Of a stretch of 64,000 nucleotides of DNA, positions 9,401 through 19,067 are shown piece by piece. Within the stretch, counting starts at the first letter, position 1; every line of letters begins with the position of its first letter. Position numbers and translations under genes: made by a program. Under the pieces are notes generated by a model. It was not told the origin of the DNA and did not search any database. It saw only the letters and a list, made by a program, of their open reading frames with translations. The stretch lies in assembly GCA_964291295.2 (NCBI GenBank), contig OZ219754.1, forward strand, positions 128,001 through 192,000. The letters are read 5' to 3'. This DNA is from an uncultured Candidatus Binatia bacterium. GTDB taxonomy: Bacteria; Desulfobacterota; Binatia; UBA9968; JAJDTQ01.

Positions 9401-9741
9401 TGGTCCAATGCCAGTTGGACCAGGAGCCCGGCGAATTTCCAACCGCGGTTTTGTCCAACGCAAAGTGAGCCTGAAGCAGGGGTGTCGGGGATCATCAGGA
9501 GATGATCGTGACACTTCGAACGGAACGCCCGGGGACTATCGAGCCGGTTGCGGCCTTGTTCGAGGCGAACGAGCCTGTAGACTTTCACCCGACCGAGCGA
9601 GCCCCCGCTCACCCCGTCGGCCCACATCTCAACACAACCCCCGGCATGGGAAAGTCCTGGCGCCGCTCGCACATCGTATTGAAAACCCGTCCCTGATCTG
9701 CAAACATTCCGCAGAAATTCCTTCTCAATCGGGAGGCTCTC

Positions 9742-10626
9742 ATGGACGTGGTCAAGGTCGACTTCAGGAACACCAAGGGGATTCCGCCGTCCGGTCTCTG
9801 CGTGGGCGTGCACCGCGCCGGCGCCATGCATCGGAAGATGGTGCAAAAACACGGCAACGGCATCGCGGTGTGGTCGCTGAGGCCGGAGAACGACTTCATC
9901 GCCTTCAAGACGCTGGAAGATGAAGCGGGCATCCGTTCCACCAGCGACATGGAGTCGATCAGGGAGGAAAAGCTCATCTACGGCGTCCGGGGTGCGCCGC
10001 CGGAGGTTCGGCGGCAGGCGAAGGAGCAGGGTCTGGAACTGCTGGCCGACGCCACCTGTCCGTTCGTGGTTCAGCAGGAGGAAGCGGAACTGGAGCTGCT
10101 GGACCAGGGTTGCCACCTGGTCATCCTGAGCAGCCGCACGCACCACGGTATTCCGCGTCTCATGGGTATCGCCGAAGAGAAGGGGCGGGAGGTGTTCATC
10201 GTCGAGAGGGAAACGGATGTCGACGACATCCGACTGACCCGCTTCGAGCCCGTGGGAGTCATCGTCCAGACCACGTTCTGGATGGAGAGCTACACGAAGA
10301 TCATGACCCGGATCCTGGAGCGCTTCGCCAACGTTCGCATTCGCAACACCGCCTGCATCGACTCGCTGCAGCGGCTGCCCAAGGTCGAGGAATTGGCGCG
10401 TGACGTGGAGGCGGTGGTCATCTTCGGCTGGACCGAGGGCATGACCTACCGCATGGAGGAGGTGGCGCGGGCCTTCAATGACAACGTCTACCGTATCGAG
10501 AAGATCGAGGACCTGAACCCCGCGTGGTTCACGGGCAAGTCCCGGATCGGCATTGTCGGCGCCAACGAGACCACCGATGAATTGGTGGACGGGGCGGTGG
10601 AACGCATCAAGTCCATGGCCGCCTGA
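9742..10626 (+). CDS. Divergent IspH/LytB-fold iron-sulfur protein (probably not a canonical HMBPP reductase)
   Basis: GLCVGVHRA, DATCPFV, QTT and NTAC motifs plus the LxPxWF..IG tail align with IspH, but the HN, SHG, HPE, SSN and GAS motifs are altered. Confidence 0.8.
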   Translation: MDVVKVDFRNTKGIPPSGLCVGVHRAGAMHRKMVQKHGNGIAVWSLRPENDFIAFKTLEDEAGIRSTSDMESIREEKLIYGVRGAPPEVRRQAKEQGLELLADATCPFVVQQEEAELELLDQGCHLVILSSRTHHGIPRLMGIAEEKGREVFIVERETDVDDIRLTRFEPVGVIVQTTFWMESYTKIMTRILERFANVRIRNTACIDSLQRLPKVEELARDVEAVVIFGWTEGMTYRMEEVARAFNDNVYRIEKIEDLNPAWFTGKSRIGIVGANETTDELVDGAVERIKSMAA

Positions 10627-10641
10627 GCAGGATCAACACCC

Positions 10642-12120
10642 ATGTCCAAATCCCTGTCCAAGTCCGCCGCCGTGGAAGCCCGACTGCCTTATCACGATCT
10701 CCGCGAATGGATGGCCCGGGCCGATGCCCTGGGCGAACTCCGCACCGTCACCGGGGCCAGCTGGGAAGAAGACATCGGTCTGGCCGCCGACGCCGTGATC
10801 CGGGTCGACGACGGCCCGGCGGTGCTGTTCGACCAGGTTCCCGGCTGCCCCAGGGGGTTCCGCGTCCTGATCAACACGTTCGCCGGCAAGCGCCGGAACA
10901 TGACGCTCGGATTTCCCGGGCACCTCACCAAGCAGGAGTTGAGCCAGGCCTTCTTTGACCATTACATCAAGGTGCAGCGCCGGCTGCCCCATGTGGGGGT
11001 GGATGACGGACCGGTGTTCGAGAACATCCTCACCGGCGATGACATCGACATCACCCGGTTCCCCACGCCCAAGTGGCACGCGGACGACGGCGGCCGCTAC
11101 ATCGGAACGGGTTGCTTCTGCGTGACCATCGACCCCGAGGAGCGCTGGATCAACGTCGGCACCTACCGCGCCATGGTGCAGGACAGGAAATCGGTGAGCC
11201 TCCTGTTCGTCCCCGGCAAGCACGCCTACATGCACCGCAAGAAGTACTTCGACAAGGGCCAGCCCATGCCCGTGGCCCTGGTGGTGGGCAGCGACCCCAT
11301 GTCGTTCTTCGTGGGGGGCACGGAGTTTCCCTACGGCGTCTGCGAGTTCGACGTCGTGGGCGGGCTGCGCGGCACGCCCGTCGAAGTGGTGCGGGGCAAG
11401 GTCACCGGCCTGCCCTTCCCCGCCAACGCCGAGATCGTGCTGGAAGGATTCCTGACCGCGGACCACCGCGCGGTGGAGGGGCCGTTCGGGGAGTGGACCG
11501 GCTACTATGCCGGCGGTGCCAGCGAGCAGCCCACGCTGGACATCCGCGCCGTCTACCACCGCAACGACCCCATCATCCTGGGGGTGCCGCCGCTGGGCGC
11601 GGGCTCCGACGAGATGGCCCGCTACCGCGCCATCATGCGCTCGGCCATGCTGAAGCACGAACTGATCCAGGCCGGCGTCCCGGACGTGACCCAGGTATGG
11701 TGCCACGAGGTGGGCGCCTCGCGCCTGCTGCACGGCATCGGCATCAAGCAGCGTTATCCCGGCCACGCCCGGCAGGCGGGCACTCTGGCCTCCACCTGCG
11801 GCTCGGTGGTGTACGGCTGCAAGTTCGTCATCGTGGTGGACGACGACATCGACGTGTCCAACCTGGACCAGTTGATATGGGCCATGCTCACCCGGTGCGA
11901 TCCGGAGACCTCCATCGAGATCCTGCGCCGGATGCGCACCTCTCCCGCCGACCCGCGGGTGACGCCGGAACAGCGCAGGACCCGCGACATCACCAACTCC
12001 CGCGTCGTCGTGGACGCCTGCCGTCCCTTCGAGTGGTTCGACAGCTATCCCAAGGTCAATGCGCCCGGCCCGGATGTGGTCCGAAAGGCTCACGAAAAAT
12101 TCGGCTACCTGCTGGACTGA
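10642..12120 (+). CDS. UbiD-family (prenyl-FMN-dependent) decarboxylase
   Basis: DLREW, DGGRYIGT, NVGTYR, EGPFGEWTGYY and VVDDDID motifs. Confidence 0.92.
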   Translation: MSKSLSKSAAVEARLPYHDLREWMARADALGELRTVTGASWEEDIGLAADAVIRVDDGPAVLFDQVPGCPRGFRVLINTFAGKRRNMTLGFPGHLTKQELSQAFFDHYIKVQRRLPHVGVDDGPVFENILTGDDIDITRFPTPKWHADDGGRYIGTGCFCVTIDPEERWINVGTYRAMVQDRKSVSLLFVPGKHAYMHRKKYFDKGQPMPVALVVGSDPMSFFVGGTEFPYGVCEFDVVGGLRGTPVEVVRGKVTGLPFPANAEIVLEGFLTADHRAVEGPFGEWTGYYAGGASEQPTLDIRAVYHRNDPIILGVPPLGAGSDEMARYRAIMRSAMLKHELIQAGVPDVTQVWCHEVGASRLLHGIGIKQRYPGHARQAGTLASTCGSVVYGCKFVIVVDDDIDVSNLDQLIWAMLTRCDPETSIEILRRMRTSPADPRVTPEQRRTRDITNSRVVVDACRPFEWFDSYPKVNAPGPDVVRKAHEKFGYLLD

Positions 12121-12138
12121 GCGCACGGGGACCGACAC

Positions 12139-12693
12139 GTGACCCCCGGCGCCGCCCGCTTCGCCCAAGCCGCCCTGGTGGGAGACTCGGACGCATCCGA
12201 ACACAACCTGACGCTGGCCGAGGAGGCCGGCGCGATGCTTGCGCGGCTGGGCGTCACCCTGATCACCGGCGGACGGGGCGGGGTCATGGAGGCGGCTTCC
12301 CGAGGCGCCGCGCGGGCCGGCGGCCTCACCGTGGGAATCACCCCCGGCACCGACACGAGAGCCGCCAACCCCTGGTGTGACGTGATCCTGCCCACTGGCC
12401 TCGGCCATGCCCGCAACGTCCTCACCGCGCTGGCCGGCGACTTTGTCGTGGCGGTGGGCGGCGGTGCCGGCACCCTTTCCGAGCTGTGCTTCGCATGGAT
12501 TCACCGGCGCCCCCTGTACGTCCTGCGCGGTTCGGGCGGTTGGTCCGACCGGCTGGCCGGCGGCCCGCTCGATCACCGCGCCGCATCGGTGATCGTCGAC
12601 TGTGACAGCGTCAACACGCTGGAACGCCAGGTGGTGCGCTTCTGCGCCGCGAGCGGACTGCGGATCCGCGAGCCGGGTGCGGAACGAGGCTGA
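12139..12693 (+). CDS. LOG-like / TIGR00725 family protein
   Basis: TGGRGGVMEAASRGA, ARN and GGGAGTLSE motifs. Confidence 0.85.
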   Translation: MTPGAARFAQAALVGDSDASEHNLTLAEEAGAMLARLGVTLITGGRGGVMEAASRGAARAGGLTVGITPGTDTRAANPWCDVILPTGLGHARNVLTALAGDFVVAVGGGAGTLSELCFAWIHRRPLYVLRGSGGWSDRLAGGPLDHRAASVIVDCDSVNTLERQVVRFCAASGLRIREPGAERG

Positions 12694-12732
12694 GGCGGCG
12701 TTCCGCCCGATGCCCGCGGTGGTGCATGAATC

Positions 12733-13788
12733 ATGAACGCGCGCTCACCGGCACTGTTCTGGCTCCTGGTGCTGGCGGCGGCGCTGCTGCTGGTCTGGCT
12801 TCTGAGCGATGTCCTGTTTCCCTTCGCGCTGGGCATCGCCCTGGCCTACGCCCTGGACCCGGCCGCCTCCTGGCTGGTCCGGCGCGGCTGCACGCGCACG
12901 GCGGCCGCGGTCCTCATTGGCGCCGGCTTTTTCGGCGCCGGATTGCTGCTGCTGTTGCTGCTCCTCCCGCCCGTGCTGGAGCAGGCTTCGGACCTGCTCC
13001 AGCACCTTCCGGGACTGGTCTCCCGAATCGGCGAATCCATCGGACCGCTTCTGGGCCGGGCCCTGCAAGCCGTGGGCGCCGACCCGCCCGAGGGACTGCC
13101 CGAGGCGCTGACCGGCATGGCCCGGCTGGGACGGGACCTGTTCAAGGGACTGGCGAGCGGCGGCGGTGCGGTCATCCACATCGCTTCCCTGCTGACCCTC
13201 ACCCCCCTCACCACTTTCTACGTGCTGCGGCAATGGCCCGGCATCGTCGCCGCCGTGGATGACGGGCTGCCCCGGGACCATGCCGGCACGGTGCGCGGCA
13301 TCATGCGCGACATCGACGTGGTGCTCAAGGGCTTCGTCCACGGCTCGGTCATCATCTGCGCGGTGCTGGGGGCTTTCTACGGCCTTGCGCTGTCGCTGGC
13401 CGGCCTCGACTACGGCCTCACCATCGGACTCGCCACCGGCCTCCTCTCCTTCATCCCCCATGTGGGAACAATCTTCGGGCTGGTGTCGTCCGCGGGCGTC
13501 GCCTTCCTGCAATTCTGGCCGGAATGGTTGCGCATCGCCGTGGTCCTGGGCATCTTCCTCGCGGGCCAACTGCTGGCCGACCACGTCCTGATGCCCCGGG
13601 TCATGGGCCGCCGCATCGCCCTCCACCCCCTGTGGCTGGTCTTCGGCCTGTTCGCCGGCGGCGCCCTCTTCGGCTTCGTCGGCATGCTGCTGTCGGTGCC
13701 CGCCACCGCCGCCGCCGGCGTCCTCACCCGCTTCTTCCTCCGGCGCTACAAGGACTCCCCCCTGTATCGCGGCGCGGGCGGCGCCTGA
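12733..13788 (+). CDS. AI-2E (PerM-like) family transporter
   Basis: Multi-pass hydrophobic protein with PF..LAYALDP, SFIPHVG and LHPLW..GFVGMLLSVP motifs. Confidence 0.88.
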   Translation: MNARSPALFWLLVLAAALLLVWLLSDVLFPFALGIALAYALDPAASWLVRRGCTRTAAAVLIGAGFFGAGLLLLLLLLPPVLEQASDLLQHLPGLVSRIGESIGPLLGRALQAVGADPPEGLPEALTGMARLGRDLFKGLASGGGAVIHIASLLTLTPLTTFYVLRQWPGIVAAVDDGLPRDHAGTVRGIMRDIDVVLKGFVHGSVIICAVLGAFYGLALSLAGLDYGLTIGLATGLLSFIPHVGTIFGLVSSAGVAFLQFWPEWLRIAVVLGIFLAGQLLADHVLMPRVMGRRIALHPLWLVFGLFAGGALFGFVGMLLSVPATAAAGVLTRFFLRRYKDSPLYRGAGGA

Positions 13789-14106
13789 CCCGCGGCCGAC
13801 GCTCCGGAGCCACACGCCGCGCCCGTCTTGCCACGCACACCGGGGTGGGCTTGCATCGCATCCATGGGCATCCTGACCACGCCGCCAGGCTGCTGGACAT
13901 TCGAATTCGTGGGTCATGGCCGCGGGCCGTCGAGGTTCGCGCGCCGACTTCGCACGTCCACGCGCCTGGGATTGATCGGCATGAATTCGCGACTCGCTCC
14001 GCATACCCGCCGCCGGCACGGATGCCGCCTTGGCAAGTGCGGTCCGGCGGTGTTACAGGGTCGGTGGAGTGGTTCAAGGCGCGACCGTCGACGTACGAGG
14101 TGAGGA

Positions 14107-15183
14107 ATGGAACTGGAGCGGGATATCGAGGAAATTCGCGATGCGGCGAGGACCGGTCTCATGGAAACGGCGGCGGACGTTTCCCAGGGCATCGTGCTTC
14201 GATTGCTGCAATCTCTGGGATGGCCAACCTTCGATACGCGAACGGTCCGCCCGCAATACGGTCTTGAAAAGAGCCGGGTCGATTTCGCTCTCTGCCATCC
14301 GCCGGGAAGGCCGGTTGTCTTCATCAAGGTGACGAGGAAGCATATCGGTCAGGGCGGCGGCGCGGAAAGACAACTGTTCGAGCATGCGTTTCACACGGAA
14401 GTGCGGCTGGTGATCCTGACGGATGGTCGGGAGTGGCATTTCTTTCTTCCCTTTCTTCCGGGGCAGCGGCGCGGCTACGAGGAGCGGCGTATCTGCAAAC
14501 TCGATATCGTGGAACGGCAGATTGACGAATGTGCGCAGAGGCTGAGCCGATACCTGAAGTACGACGACATGCGTTCCGGGAGGGCAATCGAAGCTGCACG
14601 GGAGGACTATCGAGATGCCTCCCGCAAACGGCAAATCGAGAAGACCCTGCGGCAGGCATGGATGCAACTGGTGGCGGAAGAGGATGATATCCTGCTGGAG
14701 TTGCTGGCAGACAAGGTGAAAAGTCTCTGCGGATACAAACCGGACCCCGATACGATTGCACGCTTCCTCAAGAAGAGTTCAGCCTCTTTCGTACCGACCC
14801 TACCGCCTCCCACACCTGCGCCACCCGAGGGAGGTGAATCAAAGGCACCCGGATTCACATTCGAGGGGAAACGGCACCCGGCGCACAGTGCCATGGATGT
14901 CCTTGTGAGCCTGCTGGAGAAGCTGACCGAACACGACCCCTCGTTTCCGGAACGATTTGCCCGTCTTCCCACTCATGGTCGCACGCGGCGGTATCTCGCA
15001 CGCGACCGCGAGGCCTTGTACCCGGGTCGTCCCGACCTGGCGCGGGACTGTTCCAGACGATTGGAATCGGGTTGGTGGGTGGGTACAAACTTCAGCCGCG
15101 CAGGCATCCGCCGAATTATCGGGATGGCCTGCGATGTCGCCGGTATTCGGTACGACGACCTGCATGTGGAGTTGGGCGGGTAA
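14107..15183 (+). CDS. HsdR N-terminal-like restriction-nuclease-fold protein with a SeqA-like C-terminal domain
   Basis: LLQSLGW..VRPQY..RVDFAL..ILTDGREWHFF (HsdR_N-like), a Pro-rich linker, then GRTRRYLA...WWVGTN resembling the SeqA C-domain; lower GC3 than neighbours. Confidence 0.65.
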   Translation: MELERDIEEIRDAARTGLMETAADVSQGIVLRLLQSLGWPTFDTRTVRPQYGLEKSRVDFALCHPPGRPVVFIKVTRKHIGQGGGAERQLFEHAFHTEVRLVILTDGREWHFFLPFLPGQRRGYEERRICKLDIVERQIDECAQRLSRYLKYDDMRSGRAIEAAREDYRDASRKRQIEKTLRQAWMQLVAEEDDILLELLADKVKSLCGYKPDPDTIARFLKKSSASFVPTLPPPTPAPPEGGESKAPGFTFEGKRHPAHSAMDVLVSLLEKLTEHDPSFPERFARLPTHGRTRRYLARDREALYPGRPDLARDCSRRLESGWWVGTNFSRAGIRRIIGMACDVAGIRYDDLHVELGG

Positions 15184-15364
15184 CGCGGCCTGTCTCGATG
15201 GCCCGATTCGGGCGGGACGACCGTGACGCGCCAGGACATGGTTGTCCACCTCGATCGTTCTTCGGGCAGAACGGAACGCTGTCACGACTGCAATAACGCC
15301 ACGGGTGTTGCCGCATGGTGTCGCGCGCGGTCTCCGCCGCGGTGCGCACCTTGAGACCGGCGGT

Positions 15365-16576
15365 TCAGCGTCGTCGAAAACTCAGCGGAAACACCATGCA
15401 GGCGCCCGCCAGCAGGCAGACTCCGGGGAAGAAGAAGGCTGCCATGATGCCGAACCGCTCGCTGAGAAATCCCGCCAGCGTGGGCGCGGGCACCACCAGG
15501 ATGTGGGTGCCCAGGGACACCAGACCGAAAGAAGAAGCCTGACTCTCCTTCTCCGCCACATCGAGCGCCACCGTCGTGGTGACGTTGGCCACGGTGTAGA
15601 AGAGAAACCCGATGACGAAGACGACGGCGGCCAGTGCCAGACCCGGCGGCGCCCATTGCAGCAGGAAGTAGGCCAGCCCGAGAGCCACCAGCGAAGGCGC
15701 CAGCACCGCCTTCCGCCCCAGCCGGTCCGACAGCACCCCCATCACCGGCTGGGCCACCAGACCCGACACGGCCATGGGCGTCAGGTAGATCCCCAGTGCG
15801 ATGTCGGACACGCCGAGTTTCTCGACCAGGTAGATGGGCAGGAAGGTAAGGGTCACCTGCCGCGCGATCTGATTGAAGCTTCGCACCAGCATCATCACCA
15901 GGATGACCGGGTTCCGCGCCAGCATCTTGAGATCCCGAAGCGGCTTGGGTTTCTTCGCCGGAACCTCGTCGCCCTCGAAGGTGCGCGCACCGTACATCCA
16001 GACCAGGCCGGCGGCGGCCATGGCCACCAGCAACTGGCTTTCCGCGAATCCCCGCCAAGAGAAGCCCGCCAGCAGGAAGCCGACGGTGACGTAGGTGACG
16101 GTGTTGCCCAGGGTGGCGCCCATGCCGTAGACGGCAACGGCGGTGCCGCGTCGCTCCGGGAAACGGTTCGACAACGAGGCCACCGACGCCGGATGGAACA
16201 GAGTGGTCCCCGTGGCCAGGAGCGCGACGGCCAGCAGTGCCCACCCGTACCCGGACAACGCTCCCAACACCCAGTAGCAGACGCCCATGCACACCAGCGA
16301 CGCGGTGACGATGATCCCGCGCAGCTGCACCCAGGTGTCGGCAAGGATACCCGACGGGACGTCCAGGACGGCCTGGCCGAACATCCGCATGGAGGCCAGG
16401 CCGCCCACCTGCACGTCGTTGAGCCCCATGCCCGCCTTGAGATGCGGATTGAGCATGGTGAGGAGCTGCATGAACCAATGAATGGCCATGTGCGCCGCGG
16501 TGATGAAACCCAGGAACCTGAGGCGTTCCCGGCCCACGTCCGCGGCCAGTGTGCGGACCCGCTCGAGCGTCTTCAT
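15365..16576 (-). CDS. MFS transporter
   Basis: About 12 TM segments with GILADT and GVLSDRLGRK MFS motifs; start taken at MKTLERV. Confidence 0.88.
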   Translation of the reverse strand: MKTLERVRTLAADVGRERLRFLGFITAAHMAIHWFMQLLTMLNPHLKAGMGLNDVQVGGLASMRMFGQAVLDVPSGILADTWVQLRGIIVTASLVCMGVCYWVLGALSGYGWALLAVALLATGTTLFHPASVASLSNRFPERRGTAVAVYGMGATLGNTVTYVTVGFLLAGFSWRGFAESQLLVAMAAAGLVWMYGARTFEGDEVPAKKPKPLRDLKMLARNPVILVMMLVRSFNQIARQVTLTFLPIYLVEKLGVSDIALGIYLTPMAVSGLVAQPVMGVLSDRLGRKAVLAPSLVALGLAYFLLQWAPPGLALAAVVFVIGFLFYTVANVTTTVALDVAEKESQASSFGLVSLGTHILVVPAPTLAGFLSERFGIMAAFFFPGVCLLAGACMVFPLSFRRR

Positions 16577-16641
16577 GAACGTGCTCCGAATCGGAAAAAC
16601 ACGGTCGTGAGGCAATTCGCGGCGCGGCACCGGGACCCCGG

Positions 16642-18120
16642 CTACCCCGCGCCGTTCACCCCGCGGGCCTGCAGCACGAGCCGGGTCTTCATGTCGTGCA
16701 GCCGGGCTTCGAGGCCCACCGGATATTCGTGCGGATTCACCCGGCGTTTGATGCTGTTGTGAAAACCCGCCAGCTCCGCCCGGGCGCGCTCCCGGGCCTC
16801 GTGCACGGAAGGCACTTCGTAGACCGGCTCTCCGTCCCGGAACACCGGCACCAGCAGATCCCGGAACCCGGTGCCGCCGGCAACACGCTTTCTGCGGGTC
16901 ATGTTCATGGGATCGACGATGGTGCAGCCGTCGGCGATGCCCAGGGTCTCGTCATAGATGGCGTCCGCCACGAACCGGCCGCCCTGGTGGAAACGCCGCG
17001 CCTGGAGGATGCCCGGCGTGGACACCTTGACCGCCTGCTCCGAGAGCTTCACCTTGTGGATCCACTCGTTGCCTTCCGACCGGACGCACGAAAGCTTGTA
17101 GACTCCCCCCAGGGCGGGCTGGTCGTAGCCGGTGGCGAGCCGGGTGCCCACGCCCCAGACATTGATGCGAGCGCCTTCCTCCTTGAGCGAGGCGATGACG
17201 TGCTCGTCGAGATCGTTGCTGCCAACGATGACCGCGTCCCGGAAACCGGCTTCGTCCAGGATCTGGCGCGCTTCGATGCTGAGAAACGCCAGGTCGCCGG
17301 AATCCAGCCGGATGCCCACCATCTCGTGGCCGCGTTCCCGCAGCCGGCGCCCGATCTCCACCGCCTTGCGCACGCCGTTCAGGCTGTCGAAGGTGTCCAC
17401 CAGCAGAAGACAGTTGTTGGGCATGGCGTCGGCGTATGTTTCGAAGGCCTCCATCTCGTCGTCGAAGGACAGCACCCAGCTATGGGCGTGGGTTCCCTTG
17501 ACCGGAATGTCGAAGAGCTTTCCGGCCAGGGCGTTGGAGGTCCCGGCGCAGCCGCCCACGTAGGCCGCCCGGCTCGCCGCCAGCGCCCCGTCGAACCCCT
17601 GCGCCCTTCTCAGACCGAACTCCAGCACCGGCTCCCCCCGGGCCGACTGGCACACCCGCGCCGCCTTGGTGGCGATGAGGGTCTGAAAGCAGATGATGTT
17701 GAGCAGCACCGTCTCCAGGATCTGACACTGGAGGATGGGACCCCGGACCCGCACCAGCGGCTCGTGGGGGAACACCACCGTCCCCTCGGGAATGGCATCC
17801 ACGTCGCAGGCGAACGGGCGTTCCCGCAACTCGTCGAGGAAGACGTGTTCGAACAACGGCTCGCCGTCGTTGCCCCGCAGCCCGGACAGATACTCGAGGT
17901 CGCTGGCATCGAACCCGAACCGCCTCAGCACCCCCACCACGTGCCCGAGCCCGCAACACACGGCAAATCCTCCCTGGTAGGGGTTCTCGCGGAAGGAGAG
18001 GTGGAACACCGCCTCCTTTCGGGCGGTCCCGGACTTCCAGTAGGCATACGCCATGGTGAGCTGGTAGAGGTCCGTCAACAGTGCGAGGGAGTTGTTGTAG
18101 AGCTGTTCGAGGGTATGCAT
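16642..18120 (-). CDS. pncB: Nicotinate phosphoribosyltransferase
   Basis: LLTDLYQLTM, EFGLRRAQG, GTHAHSW, LVDT and GIRLDSGD motifs. Confidence 0.95.
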   Translation of the reverse strand: MHTLEQLYNNSLALLTDLYQLTMAYAYWKSGTARKEAVFHLSFRENPYQGGFAVCCGLGHVVGVLRRFGFDASDLEYLSGLRGNDGEPLFEHVFLDELRERPFACDVDAIPEGTVVFPHEPLVRVRGPILQCQILETVLLNIICFQTLIATKAARVCQSARGEPVLEFGLRRAQGFDGALAASRAAYVGGCAGTSNALAGKLFDIPVKGTHAHSWVLSFDDEMEAFETYADAMPNNCLLLVDTFDSLNGVRKAVEIGRRLRERGHEMVGIRLDSGDLAFLSIEARQILDEAGFRDAVIVGSNDLDEHVIASLKEEGARINVWGVGTRLATGYDQPALGGVYKLSCVRSEGNEWIHKVKLSEQAVKVSTPGILQARRFHQGGRFVADAIYDETLGIADGCTIVDPMNMTRRKRVAGGTGFRDLLVPVFRDGEPVYEVPSVHEARERARAELAGFHNSIKRRVNPHEYPVGLEARLHDMKTRLVLQARGVNGAG

Positions 18121-18302
18121 ACCGGAGCCGGAAACGCCAAGCGAGGGTCACGGTCAGTTTAGGTGCCGGCACCCCGGTAATCAAGCGGCCGTACCGGTCC
18201 CCGGCCGGAGCGGTTGCTCCCGCCGCCCGATTCTTGCACAATCGGCGGCACGATCCCGGGCGCGCACGTCACCGGGGACCGGACGAGACAAGGGGGTTCG
18301 GC

Positions 18303-19067
18303 ATGACAGGGAGAAGGGAACCACTCCCGCACGACAGCGAAGCGGCCCGGAAGGCGCGCCTCGACCTCGCCGCCGCCTTCCGCCTCGCGGTCCGCTTCGG
18401 ATTGCATGAGGCCATCGACAACCACTTCAGCCTTCTCCTGCCCGGAAGAGACGACCTGATGTTGTTGAATCCCTATCCACTGCACTGGACGGAGATCACG
18501 GCCAGCAACCTCCTTGTCACCGACTTCCGGGGAAACCGCCTGGAGGGTTCGCACGAGGTGGAGCCCACCGCACTCCACATCCATGGGCCGCTGCACCGGG
18601 CCGATCCGGAAACCTTCCGTTGCCTGCTGCACACCCATATGCCCTACGCCACTGCCCTCGCCTGTCGCCAGGGGGGCCGCCTCGAGATGATTCATCAGAG
18701 CAGTACCCGGTTCGACGGCGATGTCGCCTACCTTGAGGACTACAACGGTCTGGTGCTGGATCCCGCGGAAGGCGGACGCATCGCCCGGGCGATGGCCGGC
18801 AGGAACGTGCTGTTCATGGCGAACCACGGGGTCCTCACCGCCGGCCGGACGGTGGCCGAGGCCTTCGACCGGCTGTATTTCCTGGAACGGGCCTGCCAGG
18901 TGCAGGTGCTCGCGGATGCCGGCGGACACCCGCTCCGGCGACTGTCCCGGGAGACCACCCACCACCTGCGCACACAACGGGCAGGTGCTGGAGACCTGGC
19001 CGCCAAGCGCCATTTCGCCGCGCTGAAACGCATCCTGGACCGCGAAGAGCCCGATTACTCCGACTGA
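18303..19067 (+). CDS. Class II aldolase/adducin family protein
   Basis: EAIDNHFS, EITASNL, IH..LH, HTHMPYA and MANHGVL motifs. Confidence 0.9.
   Translation: MTGRREPLPHDSEAARKARLDLAAAFRLAVRFGLHEAIDNHFSLLLPGRDDLMLLNPYPLHWTEITASNLLVTDFRGNRLEGSHEVEPTALHIHGPLHRADPETFRCLLHTHMPYATALACRQGGRLEMIHQSSTRFDGDVAYLEDYNGLVLDPAEGGRIARAMAGRNVLFMANHGVLTAGRTVAEAFDRLYFLERACQVQVLADAGGHPLRRLSRETTHHLRTQRAGAGDLAAKRHFAALKRILDREEPDYSD

Noticed and set aside
9742-10626. Annotating the gene as canonical ispH
   Set aside because: The catalytic Glu and diphosphate-binding motifs are missing, so the symbol was withheld.
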